Shown piece by piece: positions 45,463 through 56,805 of a DNA stretch of 64,000 nucleotides. The translations under genes and the position numbers were made by a program. The first letter of the stretch is position 1. Every line of letters starts with the position of its first letter. The stretch comes from Spirochaetia bacterium (GTDB lineage: Bacteria > Spirochaetota > Spirochaetia > SZUA-6 > Bin103). Under the pieces are notes generated by a model. It made no database searches, was not told the DNA's origin, and worked only from the letters and a program-made list of their open reading frames with translations. Location: contig CBDAOI010000004.1 in assembly GCA_965198005.1 (NCBI GenBank), positions 960,001 to 1,024,000 of the forward strand, read 5' to 3'.

Positions 45463-46842
45463 ATGGCTTCTGTTTCCACCTTGACCATACCCTTGGCGCC
45501 GGGACTGCCGCTCGTGGGCAACCTGCGGCCGATGCTCACGGCCGTGGGCAAGTTCTTTACCACGCAATACTTGCGGTTGGGACCGGTGTTCCGCGTACCG
45601 ATCCTGAATCAGCGCCCGCTGGTGCTGGCGGGTCCCGAAGCGAATGCGCTGATGAAGCAGCGGGGCCACCAACTGTTTTCCTCCAGGGAAGCGATGCGCG
45701 ACATCCACCAGGTGCTGGGCGGCGACAACCCGACGCTGATCGAGCTGGACGGTCCCGATCACCGCACCATGCGCGCCGGGCTCAAGGAAGGCTACTCCGG
45801 CCGGACGCTGTACGCGCAGATGGAGAAGCTGGTCCGGAGCCAACTCGCCATGGTGCACGCCTGGCCGCGCCAAACCCCGATTCCGGCGTTCCCGTACGTG
45901 AAACGGCTGGTCTCATCGCTGCTGGGATACATGGCGACCAACCAGGAACCCGATGAGGTCATGGATGACCTGATCTACTTCTTTCGGGCGCTGGTGCAGA
46001 TCCACATCCGCAGGGTATGGCCCGGTTTCATGCAGCACCTGCCGCGCTACGTCTCGTCCAGGCGCTCCGTGCTGGAAATGGCGCGCCGCATCTGGGACCA
46101 GCATCACGTGGGCGGTCATCCGCCACGCGACGGCGACTTCGTGGCCCTGATTCGCCGGTTCCACGCCGAGCATCCGCGGCTGATGAGCGAACGGGACGCC
46201 GTGGCCTCCCTGATCGGGCCGTTCATAGCGGGCATGGATACCGCGGCCAGCGCCACCTCCCTGCTGCTGTTCCACATCCTGCGCGACCCGGAGCTGCAGC
46301 GGGCGGTGGTCGCGGAAGCGGACTTGGCGTTCGCCTCGGGCTTCCCCGATCGCGACTCGCTGCGGCGGATGGTCCGGACGCGGTGGGCGGCGATGGAGGT
46401 ACTGCGGCTGCATCCGCCGGCCCCGGCCCTCACCCGCACCACCACCGCCGCCTTCGAGTTCCAGGGGTACGAGATTCCGAAGGACGAGTATTGCATCATC
46501 GCCAACACGGTGACCCATCACCTGCCGGAGTACTTTCCGGACCCGGAACGGTTCGACGTGAATCGCTACGCTCCCGAGCGCAAGGAGCACGTGCAGCCGA
46601 ACGCGTACTGCCCGTACGGCCTCGGTCCGCACACCTGCCTGGGCGCGACCACCGCCGATCTGCTGTATCTGGTCATCAGCGCCGTGCTGTTTCGCCACTT
46701 TCACGTGGCGATGCAGCCGCCGGACCAAGCCCTGCACATCGTCATGAACCCGCTGCCGGCCCCGGACGACCGGTTCCGGATCAGCGTCACCGGCGAGCGC
46801 TGCCCGCCGCCGCGGTCACCCGGCCAGGCTCCACCTTCCTGA
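45463..46842 (+). CDS. Cytochrome P450
   Basis: AGMDT I-helix, EVLR, PERF, PYGLGPHTCLG heme motif. Confidence 0.93.
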   Translation: MASVSTLTIPLAPGLPLVGNLRPMLTAVGKFFTTQYLRLGPVFRVPILNQRPLVLAGPEANALMKQRGHQLFSSREAMRDIHQVLGGDNPTLIELDGPDHRTMRAGLKEGYSGRTLYAQMEKLVRSQLAMVHAWPRQTPIPAFPYVKRLVSSLLGYMATNQEPDEVMDDLIYFFRALVQIHIRRVWPGFMQHLPRYVSSRRSVLEMARRIWDQHHVGGHPPRDGDFVALIRRFHAEHPRLMSERDAVASLIGPFIAGMDTAASATSLLLFHILRDPELQRAVVAEADLAFASGFPDRDSLRRMVRTRWAAMEVLRLHPPAPALTRTTTAAFEFQGYEIPKDEYCIIANTVTHHLPEYFPDPERFDVNRYAPERKEHVQPNAYCPYGLGPHTCLGATTADLLYLVISAVLFRHFHVAMQPPDQALHIVMNPLPAPDDRFRISVTGERCPPPRSPGQAPPS

Positions 46843-46885
46843 CCGGCCTTGCGAGCACCGGCGGTGCCGTGCGACGGAAGCGCCG

Positions 46886-47096
46886 ATGGCGACGCGCGGG
46901 CCTCGGGTGCGCCGGTTCATTCTCAACTGCGACCGGTCAACCGACGTGCAGTCGGACTGGACGTTGGAGGACGCCGTGGAGGCGGGGGTGGGTGGTGGCC
47001 GACAGCGCCGTGCGGCCGGCCGATCAGAGACCAGGGCACGACCGGCACCTGCGTCGGGTTCGCCGCCGCCGACGGCGTGCTCCACTGGCACTACTG
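46886..47096 (+). pseudogene. Papain-like C1 peptidase N-terminal remnant
   Basis: PIRDQGTTGTCVGFAAADG across a frameshift. Confidence 0.6.
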
Positions 47097-47130
47097 CGAC
47101 CCGCGTGCGCATCGACGGACTTCTCGGCGG

Positions 47131-47556
47131 CTACCGGCGCAGGGTGCCGCTGAGCGTCAGCGTATGTTCCGGTGCTGCGGCGGTTTCGTTGCGGCTGCCC
47201 TCCAGAGCGACGTTGAAGGAGGAGTCGAGTTGGTAGCGCGTACCGAGCTGCCAGGTGCGCGCCCCGCCGTGGGAAACCGTCAGCCCCGCGTACGGGGTCA
47301 GCAGAGCGCGCCCGTCGAGCAGGTCGATCCCGTAGCCCAGCTCGGCGTCGACTCGGCCGGCGATATCCGAATGGTCGGGCGCCGTTGCCAGACGCGAAGC
47401 GTCCGGCAACGACCACAGCTCTGCCGCAGCCATCGTGGCGGTCCCCCAGGACGGCGCCACGCTCAGCGCCAAGCCGCGGTCCGGCGCACCGGGATCGAGC
47501 CGGAGCGAGCCGCCGGCCCCCCATTCGCGGAAGCCATCGCTCTGGTGCAGCAGCAA
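47131..47556 (-). pseudogene. C-terminal remnant of an autotransporter-like beta-barrel
   Basis: FREWGAGGSLRLDPG..GLALSVAPSWG, DAELGYG, LTPYAGL; 5' end cut by a transposase fragment. Confidence 0.6.
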
Positions 47557-47790
47557 CCCCGCTCAACTGCTTCGGCAGTCGCTCCAGGCTGCTCGCCGAG
47601 GGACTCATGTTGCCCAACGCGTCCAGGATCTGGGCTCCCTCCCGCGGCGTCACCTGGGCCACCAGAAAGCTCGCTTGGTGTGCCGCCCGCGGCGTCCAGT
47701 GACCGCCGATGATGCCCGCCTGCAACTCCAGCGGCACCACTGCCGGCTGCTCCTTGCCGGCGCGGTACAAGGTCCGGTTCGTGGCGCAGC
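47557..47790 (-). mobile_element. Transposase N-terminal remnant (ISKra4/ISLre2-like)
   Basis: VVPLELQAGIIGGHWTPRAA...GNMSPSASSLERLPKQLS. Confidence 0.55.
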
Positions 47791-47793
47791 GGG

Positions 47794-47943
47794 TGATCGA
47801 CGAGTGGATCGAGTTCTACAACGAGGTACGACCCCCACCCCCTGTTACCGCCACCTGTTCTTGAGAAGGAGGGGTGGGTTGACAACCAACGGAATACACC
47901 TTAACCTACCCCCCGGGCTGTCCAACGAACCGGGACCACCTCA
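47794..47943 (+). mobile_element. IS3-family transposase 3' end and right terminus remnant
   Basis: IDEWIEFYNEVRPH followed by ctgtccaacgaaccgggaccacctca. Confidence 0.6.
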
Positions 47944-47983
47944 CCCCTCGGGCGGACCGAGCCCCGGCAGCAGGAGGATCACG

Positions 47984-48214
47984 TTGTCTGTTGAATGGGT
48001 CGCAGTGCTGGTCACTATCGTCGCCGTCGGTGTCACCACCACCGCAGCCGTGGTTACCGGGTTCCGTCGGCTCAATGACCGGATCGACGCGGGCTTCGCC
48101 GAAGCAACTCGGGAACGCGCCGAGATCCGCGAACGCTTGGCGCACCTGGAAGGGACGCTCGACGTACTCCGTTCTTACTTCGCGCCTCGACAGCGCGACG
48201 AAGGCGCCGCCTGA
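47984..48214 (+). CDS. Small TM + coiled-coil hypothetical protein
   Basis: AGGAGG RBS before TTG; hydrophobic N-terminus then RLNDRID...IRERLAHLEG. Confidence 0.6.
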   Translation: MSVEWVAVLVTIVAVGVTTTAAVVTGFRRLNDRIDAGFAEATRERAEIRERLAHLEGTLDVLRSYFAPRQRDEGAA

Positions 48215-48334
48215 TGCTCCCGAGCGCGTTCGCTTGCGACCGTCAGGAATAGATAGGGTATATAGAAAACCGACATATATTATATAGGTTTAATGGGAAG
48301 GAGGGGGGGGGGAATATGGTCCCCTTCTATTCGG

Positions 48335-48784
48335 TCAGCTGCGACGTTGCGCGTTGTAGATATAAATCATGGGCTGCCCAATACACGAACAAGGTCCAAG
48401 ACGAACCTCTTGTAATGGTAGCACTGACGCTCTAGCAGTTTGACCTTGGTAGCTGTATGGCGGCAGAATCGCTCCCACCGTATGCTGCCGGAATTGAGAC
48501 ATCGACAGGTTGTCTGCATCCAGATGGGCTACTATCGCATCACATCTTCTCAAGCCATTAGCGAATATATCGCCCAGGAGTTTTTGGCGCTCTCCTGGTT
48601 CCTTACTGAGCCATGCTAGCACCATCGTACAGCCTTGTATATCTTTGGAAGTCTGATCCGTATGTTCCGGTATCTTGCGAAAGGTAATATCGGAGAACCC
48701 ACGCTCCACGAGAGACTTTCGGACATACCACTCAATCGCAATTCGATCCGTTGGACCTTCGCACACTAGTCCTATTAGCGGCAT
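48335..48784 (-). pseudogene. TOPRIM-like partner of the ATPase, probably 3'-truncated
   Basis: LVCEGPTD and HLDAD motifs; C-terminus runs into unrelated-looking sequence. Confidence 0.5.
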
Positions 48785-48790
48785 GTTCGT

Positions 48791-50083
48791 CTAAAGGTGG
48801 TCGGGGCCAAGGGCGCCTTCTATGGTACCTTCGATCCAGAGTTTTGACAGACTGTTACCATGGTGCGTTGCTACCCAATCTTCGCGGGTCACACCATCCG
48901 CTGGTTTCAACCGAGTAATTTCTGTGTGCCCAATATTGTTTCGACTGACAACGAACACGCGCTGCTCGCTTTCAAACAGATCAAACGCATCCAGAGCCGT
49001 TGGGTTATGGCTTGTAAGAAAGACTTGACGTGGACCGCACTCAAATTCTTTGGTAGATGCTTCCGCCGTGGTTTCGATTATCTTCTCTATCATCTTGCGG
49101 GTCATCGCTGGATTGAGGCCGTTGTCAACATTGTCAAGGGCGAAGATCTTAGGGCTATCAGAGTGAACAAGTAGAACCGCGACAAAAAGTAGAAACAGAG
49201 TGCCTTCGCTGCTGTCATATACTGACAGCCGCTTCCTGCTGTGTTCCATGTACTTATCCTCAAAGTACAACATCGACTGTTTCTGCCCCTTTCCTACTAC
49301 AGCGCGAGACACAAGGCGGTCATCAATATCGCCTACCTGCACGAAATTGGCCCAACCAGGGAGAAAAGCCAGTTGAAGAGCGTAATCCTGCAAGTCTCCC
49401 TCCGGCGTATTGCGTATTGAACCTAGATGCTCTAAGAGGCTTTTGACAGCGGCTGGCAGACCTTCGCCATGTAATCCTACCGATTCTACCGGAAATAGAC
49501 GTGCGGCCTGACCGCGCAGAAACTCAACCTGCGGTGCATAGATAGCATACTTTGAAAGAGTCTCCAGTGCGTCTTGCACCCCACCAAGATTAGAAGCAAT
49601 AGGACGAATCGGCTCCCAAATGCCTTGAACTGGAGCAAGATCGGAAAACAATATGGGTCCGTTCTTCAGTTCCCCGGATTGCTTCAGTTCCCCGGATTGC
49701 TTTGTGCGGCGAAATATCTCCTGGTCGTCTTTATTGCAGGACTCAGACACTATCGACAAGCGACGATCATCGTCTACGCTTTCTAATTCAACTTCGTAAT
49801 CGATGTCACCAGACATTTTCACAGATAGGACAAATGACTTCTCTTCGTCCACCATAGACCGAAATGAAGAGGTCATTAGAGGAGGTGGTGTGATGCGAAG
49901 TCCTTTATTCTGCAATTCCTGGTCACCGACGCCACGATCAACGGAAGCGGACGCTACGCCAATTGCTTCAAGCACATTTGACTTACCTGCACCGTTGCTG
50001 CCAATGAACATATTTACACGGCCAAGATCCAGTTCCGCTTTGCAAATGGATTTGAACCGCTGAATCGATATTCTCTCAATCAA
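48791..50083 (-). CDS. ABC-type ATPase (AAA_15/AAA_21-like)
   Basis: IGSNGAGKSN, SSEGT, FALDNVDNGLNP, LTSHNP; low GC. Confidence 0.85.
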   Translation of the reverse strand: MIERISIQRFKSICKAELDLGRVNMFIGSNGAGKSNVLEAIGVASASVDRGVGDQELQNKGLRITPPPLMTSSFRSMVDEEKSFVLSVKMSGDIDYEVELESVDDDRRLSIVSESCNKDDQEIFRRTKQSGELKQSGELKNGPILFSDLAPVQGIWEPIRPIASNLGGVQDALETLSKYAIYAPQVEFLRGQAARLFPVESVGLHGEGLPAAVKSLLEHLGSIRNTPEGDLQDYALQLAFLPGWANFVQVGDIDDRLVSRAVVGKGQKQSMLYFEDKYMEHSRKRLSVYDSSEGTLFLLFVAVLLVHSDSPKIFALDNVDNGLNPAMTRKMIEKIIETTAEASTKEFECGPRQVFLTSHNPTALDAFDLFESEQRVFVVSRNNIGHTEITRLKPADGVTREDWVATHHGNSLSKLWIEGTIEGALGPDHL

Positions 50084-50550
50084 AGTTCTTGCACCTGTCT
50101 GGCCGCAGGTCTCTACGCTGCGACTGAGTCGTCAGCACATTAGTAAGGGTATGAGAACTACTTGTCAAGACAATTCCATACAGTACAACAGGTAACAAGC
50201 AAGCGTGAGTGATACGATTGATACGCGTAGGTGAAAGCGCCCTGAAGCAGGATCGCCTCTCGAGAGTAGCTCTTGACATACGGTAAATCGCTAACGGACA
50301 AGGTTTTAGCAATTAGATAGGGTAGTTTGTTTCCTGTTGCTCCAGGCCGCGGTGGGACGGCGAGGCAGCCGGCAGCTTATCCTGGATTCGTGAGTCCGGT
50401 GAGGCGTTGGGGTCCGTCGCGATGCGCCCACCTATGGTGATTGCCAAGCCCCGGGGATGGCTCCGGACGGTAGGTATTGCTCCAAGACCTACCGAAAGCG
50501 CCGAATAACGCTTGACGGGGTTGCGCCACCCCTAGCGCGCGGAGACCCGC

Positions 50551-50850
50551 ATGATGGCGCCTGTGATCAGTGCCCAGGGCAAGAAACTGAATGCCCGCAG
50601 GCTGCTGCGCGCGTTGCTGACCTCCGCCGCCAACATCATTCCCGAGCCGGACAAGGGAATTCTGCGGATCCAGCTTCTGGGCCTCGGCAGCGACGCCTGC
50701 GACCGCATGCTCGCTCCCCTGATCGAGGAACTCAACGCAACCACCCGCACGATCTATCCCGGCACCGAACTCAGGCTCGTCTACGAGTTGGCCGGCGACC
50801 CACAGCCGACCGTCTCACCTGATTCCGGCTGACGTCAGGAAGTCTGAACC
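50551..50850 (+). mobile_element. Transposase C-terminal remnant
   Basis: ARRLLRALL...LIEELNA..TIYPGTELRLVYEL; no 5' part. Confidence 0.55.
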
Positions 50851-51359
50851 TACCCGATTTCCCCAGTTCAACCCCCGGGCTGCCGTTGTCCCCAGCTCTC
50901 TATCCGTCGATTCCGTCGCAGGTAGGCGTAGCTGGAGCGTTCCACTGTTGTTGACAGCATTTCCGGGAAGTGCTATCGTGTATGCATGACGTTGTCGGGG
51001 GGTGGCTGTACGACCGCCTCTGTTGGTCTGGTGACGGTGGGGGCTGGATTCGCACCCTGTGCGTATCATGTTCAGCACCTAAACTGAGCGGAGGGCACAC
51101 TGATGGCAGGTCGATTGGGAAAAGAGGCATGCTCACAGTCAGCGTCTGTCCGCCTCCCAGTAACGACATAGTGTTTGTCGCGAACCTTGAGGACGCAGAA
51201 GTTCGTGGTAGAGAACGGTGGGCCAACAGGTTGCCCCAACTGGTCAGTTGCTGCTTCAATCGAGTGAAAGGCTGGCGTTGAGTGAACTGGCGTACATTCG
51301 CAAGGTTCGCCTACGATCAAGGTAGTCGACCAACCGTAACGAGACCGAGGAGCAATGGA

Positions 51360-52454
51360 ATGTCGACGAATGATAGTGATCCCAATACGCGCACGCCCGT
51401 GAGCCGGAATCTGAGCATGTGCGAGCTGCCTGTTGTTTCGGAACGTCCGCTCGACGCGGGAATCGATCCGAACCGAGCATCTCTTATTCGTGACGTCGAG
51501 AAAAAGTGGGCGAACGGGACAGTACTCCACTTCCATTTTTTTGATCAGCCAAGTCAGTGGGGAGGAGACGACCGACAGAAGGATGTGGTTCGCGAGTCTC
51601 TTGATTCCTGGAAAGACCTCGGCATCGGACTTGAATTCGAAGAGGTCGCGGACGCCACGGACGCAGAGATTCGAATTGGTTTCGACCACTCTGCTGGTTC
51701 GTGGTCTTATGTAGGGCGCGACGCGATCGATCTCGTTGACGACCCTACGAAGCGCACGATGAACTTCGGATGGGATCTAACGACACCTTACGGTCGCGAG
51801 ACCGCACTGCACGAGATCGGACACGCTCTTGGCTTTCCGCATGAACATCAGAACCCGAACTCAGGGATTGTTTGGGACGAACCGGCGGTGTACAAGCATT
51901 TCGCCAAACCACCGAACTCGTGGGGTCCGAGAAAGACCCATTGGAACGTGATCAGGAAGCTTGACCCGAATGTCGTGGAAGGGTCCCCTTGGGACAAAGA
52001 TTCGATAATGCACTATCGCTTTGAAGCAGGTTTGATTCTCCAGCCCGAGCAATATCAGAGTACCGCTCTCATTCCCGACGCTGGACTCTCCGCCCGCGAC
52101 GTGGAAGAGGTCAGGAGATTCTATCCAGCCCAAGACCGCAGTGGTCGACTTGCCGAGTTGGAGCCATATTCTTCACGCAAGTTGGAGATTGCGGCTGGAG
52201 AGCAACTTGACTTCGTGATCAAGCCAGATCGTAGCCGGAGGTATACGATTCAAACATTCGGAAGCCTCGACACCGTAATCGTTCTTTTTCAAGACCTCGA
52301 CGGCACGCCGGCGTACGTGGCCGGGGACGACGACGGCGGCACGAGCCGCAACGCTCGGCTCCAACTTCGTCTCATCAGAGGTGCAACGTACATTTTGAGG
52401 CTGAGACTCTACTGGTCTTCGGCTACCGGCGAGAGCGCCGTGATGTTGTGGTAG
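51360..52454 (+). CDS. M12 (astacin-like) metallopeptidase with C-terminal PPC-like domain
   Basis: HEIGHALGFPHEH, Met-turn SIMHY, DDDGG..NARL. Confidence 0.9.
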   Translation: MSTNDSDPNTRTPVSRNLSMCELPVVSERPLDAGIDPNRASLIRDVEKKWANGTVLHFHFFDQPSQWGGDDRQKDVVRESLDSWKDLGIGLEFEEVADATDAEIRIGFDHSAGSWSYVGRDAIDLVDDPTKRTMNFGWDLTTPYGRETALHEIGHALGFPHEHQNPNSGIVWDEPAVYKHFAKPPNSWGPRKTHWNVIRKLDPNVVEGSPWDKDSIMHYRFEAGLILQPEQYQSTALIPDAGLSARDVEEVRRFYPAQDRSGRLAELEPYSSRKLEIAAGEQLDFVIKPDRSRRYTIQTFGSLDTVIVLFQDLDGTPAYVAGDDDGGTSRNARLQLRLIRGATYILRLRLYWSSATGESAVMLW

Positions 52455-52508
52455 AGTTATTCTCGCTAAACTGGATATGAATACGTGATTTCAAGGCCGT
52501 ACGGGAAC

Positions 52509-53522
52509 ATGATCGCGCTTTCGAACTGTCACAGATGCCGACTCCGGCATACCGCAGCCGCGGTCCTATTGGCGCTCCTACTCGTGGCCGGGTGCTCAAC
52601 GCTTCCCGACATCACACCCTACGCCACGGTTACTTCGGAAGTGGATAGTGCGGTCAACGATTTTCATGATTTGGTTGTCGCTGACTTGAAAGGTATTTCC
52701 GCACATGCGCGGTCGTTCACGGAGAACGAAGGACAGCTCTACGACACCCAAGCTCTTGATGATGCAATTGTCGCATTCTCCGTGGAATGGAAGAAGCGAA
52801 GGGCCGTGACCGAGGCGATGGTGACGTACTCGAATTCGCTTGCCACCATCGTCCAAGAGGGAAAGTCGGGTGCCGAGAGCGTACGTGAACTAGCGAAAGC
52901 CGCGGGGGGGTTCCTCAAGGTAGTGCCCAACCTATCGAGTATTCCGGAGAACGTCATCGACGTCGTTGCGTTCTTGAAGGGCCAACTCGACGCGATCGAA
53001 GCTAACGAGAAGCTCTACGATGCCGTTGATGATGCGCAACCGATTGTGGATCAGATTGCGGATATCCTGATAGACGATTTCGACATCGTAGCCGACAGAC
53101 TCGGCACTATCGCACCAACGGCCCAATTGCTTATTGCCATGGAGTATGGTGGCTTACCTGCTTTTCACGAGAAACAGTTGCGTCGACAGAAAGAGGTGGT
53201 GAACCGGATAATCGCCGCAGACGACACTGGCGCTGACACAGCCGATGACGTCAAGCTGCTACAAGAAATCGGAACGATTATCGCTGCGACGGAGTTGTCG
53301 TACAGGGACTACTCCGAGGCTGACCAACGTGTAGAGAGGCGGGCTGAGCTTGAAGTCCTTGCCGTGGAACGAGCGAAGGAGGCCGTGAGACAGTGGCAGC
53401 AACTACATCACGAACTGGTCGCGAACCTGCGGGACCAGACCGAGCCGTCGGTGGCATCATTCAGGGACACGGCCGCAGAACTCAGGGAGATCGTTGAGCA
53501 TCTGCAGGAGGACGCCGGATGA
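52509..53522 (+). CDS. Hypothetical alpha-helical lipoprotein
   Basis: Lipobox LVAGC; long helical acidic body. Confidence 0.7.
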   Translation: MIALSNCHRCRLRHTAAAVLLALLLVAGCSTLPDITPYATVTSEVDSAVNDFHDLVVADLKGISAHARSFTENEGQLYDTQALDDAIVAFSVEWKKRRAVTEAMVTYSNSLATIVQEGKSGAESVRELAKAAGGFLKVVPNLSSIPENVIDVVAFLKGQLDAIEANEKLYDAVDDAQPIVDQIADILIDDFDIVADRLGTIAPTAQLLIAMEYGGLPAFHEKQLRRQKEVVNRIIAADDTGADTADDVKLLQEIGTIIAATELSYRDYSEADQRVERRAELEVLAVERAKEAVRQWQQLHHELVANLRDQTEPSVASFRDTAAELREIVEHLQEDAG

Positions 53523-54022
53523 ATTGGGACACGATCGAGGGGGTCGACGGTTGGGCTCGCGCATTGGACGAGATCCTGAGCCGCCTACAGGGGGCGCTGG
53601 AAGCCCGCAACGGCACAAGCAGGGACTTGGCCTTGAAGGAGTTGAGAGGCTTTGTGAAGTACTCGCCGAATTCCTTCGCACAACCGCTGGACAAACTTGC
53701 CGTGAAGGTGGCGCTGGAGGTAGTAGCCACCACGTGGGAGGAGGCAAGTGACAAGCTGAAGGCCCGTTCCATGGATCTGGAGGCACTTACGAAGACGCTG
53801 AACGCGCAAGCCGCGGAGAACCGTAAGGCTGCCGCGTCCGCCCGCGTTACCAAGGCCAAGGATGTCATCGTGAAGTCCTCGGCGGCTATCGAGGCGTTTC
53901 TCAACTTGAGGGAGGCTCTCGAGCAGAACGGCGCGGAGGACATACTGGACATCCTCGGAAAGATCGACGCTGCGGTGGTCGCGGTGCGCGACGTCAGGAA
54001 GGCACTGAACAACGAAGCATGA
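53519..54022 (+). CDS. Hypothetical helical protein
   Basis: ATGA coupling to the upstream lipoprotein; 167-aa open frame. Confidence 0.7.
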   Translation: MNWDTIEGVDGWARALDEILSRLQGALEARNGTSRDLALKELRGFVKYSPNSFAQPLDKLAVKVALEVVATTWEEASDKLKARSMDLEALTKTLNAQAAENRKAAASARVTKAKDVIVKSSAAIEAFLNLREALEQNGAEDILDILGKIDAAVVAVRDVRKALNNEA

Positions 54023-54643
54023 GGTCGGTAGTGTCGAGCCCCTCCGGGACTGCGTGGGCGATGAGGTTCAGAAACGCTGCGGAACTCGATGCCGCGGTGG
54101 CGCCGGCAGCACTTGACGAGGAGTTCATCGCCGAGGCGACCGACCTGAGCCGCAGGCCACGCAGTCGGGTCAGACCGCCCCACCTGTGGCACTCGCACCT
54201 TCGTCCCGCTCGCCGGGTTCACGTCGCCGGCAACGCACACAAACACCGCGCCGCGTATCGGGTCCGACCGTCGCCCCGCACCCCCACCACAGCCCCGTCC
54301 GGGCCCGGCTCCGCGTCCAGGCGGCCGTGCTCGGTGCCAAGGCGCCGGCTCCCGGTGCACTTCAGGCCCATTGCTGCGCTCCCGCAGCTCGGAATCGCCC
54401 GCCGCCCGCTCAAGACCACGCCGGCCCCAGGCAACGCAATAACCGCTGGGCCGGACGGACTGACAGAAACCGCACGCGAACGTTGACGAACCACCCCCTC
54501 ACGGGTTGCTTTGGTGTACGTCACGTACGAACAGCCGGTGGCGGCTCGCACGCCGAGCGGCCCGACGCTGCCAAGGCGGCAGTCCGTCGCCGTGACGCGG
54601 CTGCCTGCGCACACGCCAGCCGAGGAGAAAGGAGAAAGAAGCA

Positions 54644-55489
54644 ATGCTGAACAAGTGGATTGCCCCCCTGATAGTAGTCGCCGTGCTCGTTCTCGCGTCT
54701 TGCAACGACATGGACGGCGACGGCGAGGATGACACCTCACGGGAAACGGCACGCCGCTCCGCAATGGAGCCCAATGACCCGGAGCCGAAGACTGATTCTC
54801 CCCCGCCCCGCGAACCTGTGCCCCCACGGACCCAGGACGTCACGCCGGAGCCTCCGAGCTTCACGGGGCTGGTCGGCAGTTGGCGGTTCATCGACGATAG
54901 CTTCGACAAGATGGAAGATACGTACGATGATCAGCCAGGGGACGAGCCGACGCACGACACACTGACTTTCGGCAGCGACGAGAGCTTCATGCGTGTAGAA
55001 AAACGGTATGCGTATGCCTCCGCTGCAATGGTACCACATCCCTATCCCGAAGATGACAGCCCTGAACCTGAGCCTGTCACGGGTGCTTGGTTGGAGCTTC
55101 CGGATTCGTTGTTCACCTTGGAAGGCGCCAAGTACGAGGTGAAGGAGCAAGTGGATGACCAGTCCGTAAGCCAAGTGACCATAACGAGAGTTACCACAGA
55201 AGAGGCCCCAGGGGGGGGTGCCGAGGTGAAGGCGTCTGTGACGTGCGACTTCGAGATTGTCGCAACGCACCATACGCCGCCAATACGCTATCTCACCTTG
55301 GCGAATTGCAAGGGCGACGCCGACGTGAAGGTTCCGCCTGGCGCCGACGTGATGGAAGACCCAGGCCCGTTCGCACTCTTGGCCAAGGGTGTGCCTAACG
55401 GAGCCAGTAGTCGGGACGTGAAGGTCTCAACGGATGGTCTCAGCTATAATCCGAGCTACAGCTATAGATTCGAATATCCAAGTGAATAA
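54644..55489 (+). CDS. Hypothetical lipoprotein
   Basis: AGGAG RBS, lipobox VLASC, acidic/Pro-rich linker, lipocalin-like LVGSW. Confidence 0.7.
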   Translation: MLNKWIAPLIVVAVLVLASCNDMDGDGEDDTSRETARRSAMEPNDPEPKTDSPPPREPVPPRTQDVTPEPPSFTGLVGSWRFIDDSFDKMEDTYDDQPGDEPTHDTLTFGSDESFMRVEKRYAYASAAMVPHPYPEDDSPEPEPVTGAWLELPDSLFTLEGAKYEVKEQVDDQSVSQVTITRVTTEEAPGGGAEVKASVTCDFEIVATHHTPPIRYLTLANCKGDADVKVPPGADVMEDPGPFALLAKGVPNGASSRDVKVSTDGLSYNPSYSYRFEYPSE

Positions 55490-55600
55490 CTAAACGGGCC
55501 GGTATCAGGGTGGATGGAGTGCTCGATAGAGTACAGGAGGCGACGGCGACCAGAGCCGCCGCGCGGCGGCCCTGTTTCGACCGAACACCCGGTATGCCGC

Positions 55601-56640
55601 TTACTCCAGCAACGCCTTCAACAGGGCGTCCGGCGTGTCCGAGTAGAACTGCACGTTGACCCTCGTTGCCATTTCGTCTGACAGCTCGAAGAGCTGCTTG
55701 CGAGCCGATACCGGGATCAGCACGGTATCCGCGCTCTTCTCGACCGCGGCTTCCACGATGCCGACGGCGTTTGCCAGTTGCTCGACCGATCCGCCGAGGT
55801 TCAGGGCCCCGACCACGATCAAGCCGCCCTTCAGGCTCTTCTCGAGGAGGGCTCCGCAGAGGGCAAGGAGAACCGGAAGGCCCAGTGACTCCCCTGCGCG
55901 GTCGTTGTCCATGGCCCGCAGTTGTACCGAGAACTCCCGGGAGCGCGGCTCGCGGTCGCCCACCAGCTCCCGCGCCCGCGTGTAGAGGTTCTGTTCCGCG
56001 TACCTGGTGCTTTCGCGGAACGCCGGCGGCACGGGCGCGTTAAGAATCTTGACGCCACTGCCGGGACCGGCCGCAGCCTCGATGCGGTAGAGTGAGGGAC
56101 CGGTCTCGGGGCCGCCGGGGCCGATGCCCCAAACCTGACCCGGTGGCAACGGATCCGGATCGATGGCGTCATCGCTGCGCAACTCGGGCGTGGCGACGAA
56201 CTTCTCGATACCGTCTTCGCCCATCGCGTAGCTGAAGTGGGTATTGCGGAACTCGCTCTTGAATACCCGTTTCTGCTGTTCCTTCACCCGACGGCGCACT
56301 TCGAGGCCGATGCGCACGAGCTCCTCCAGATCCTCATCCGGCACTTCCATCGCGGGATCCGGGTACAGCAGCTTGAGCAGGCCGCTCACGGTCTTGTTGA
56401 CCGCCGTGATGTCTCGTCCGCTACGATCCATGAACGCCGTGTCGTCGCGCATGTCGGCCGACAGGGGACTGAACAGGTGGCCAACGCGTTGCTGCTGCTC
56501 GACGTCAACGTCGAGGTTGCCGACCATGGCCACGCCGCCCTCGGCGCGGATGCTCTCCTTGCCGCGCGAGAACTCACCGGACTCCATGTAGCCCTTGAGG
56601 ATGTTCACGCCGTCCTTCTGGTCGAAGGAGACCTCCGGCC
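55601..56640 (-). pseudogene. brxL: BREX Lon-like protease, 5'-truncated with internal deletion
   Basis: DGVNILKGYMESGEFSRGKESIRAEG, DTAFMDR joined to SGRD, RRRVKEQQ, DPLPPGQV. Confidence 0.85.
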
Positions 56641-56689
56641 GCGTATGATCCGTCGACGCTCGCTCGGCGATCTCGCGGTCGGATCGCTC

Positions 56690-56805
56690 CGGAGAACGGC
56701 AGCCGGTGGATCCGTATCGTTCGGGTTGTGCCGCGCCGCGGCTGCAAGGGATACCGCCAAGGCCTCGATCACGGTGGCGGCCGATTGATCGTCGGGACCG
56801 ATCAC
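56690..56805 (-). pseudogene. pglZ: N-terminal remnant of BREX-1 PglZ (type B)
   Basis: TVIEALAVSLAAAARHNPNDTDPPAAVL, directly upstream of the brxL remnant. Confidence 0.5.

Noticed and set aside
48255-48330. AT-rich patch with a G10 run as a phase-variable promoter
   Set aside because: It lies between convergent gene ends, with no downstream gene to control
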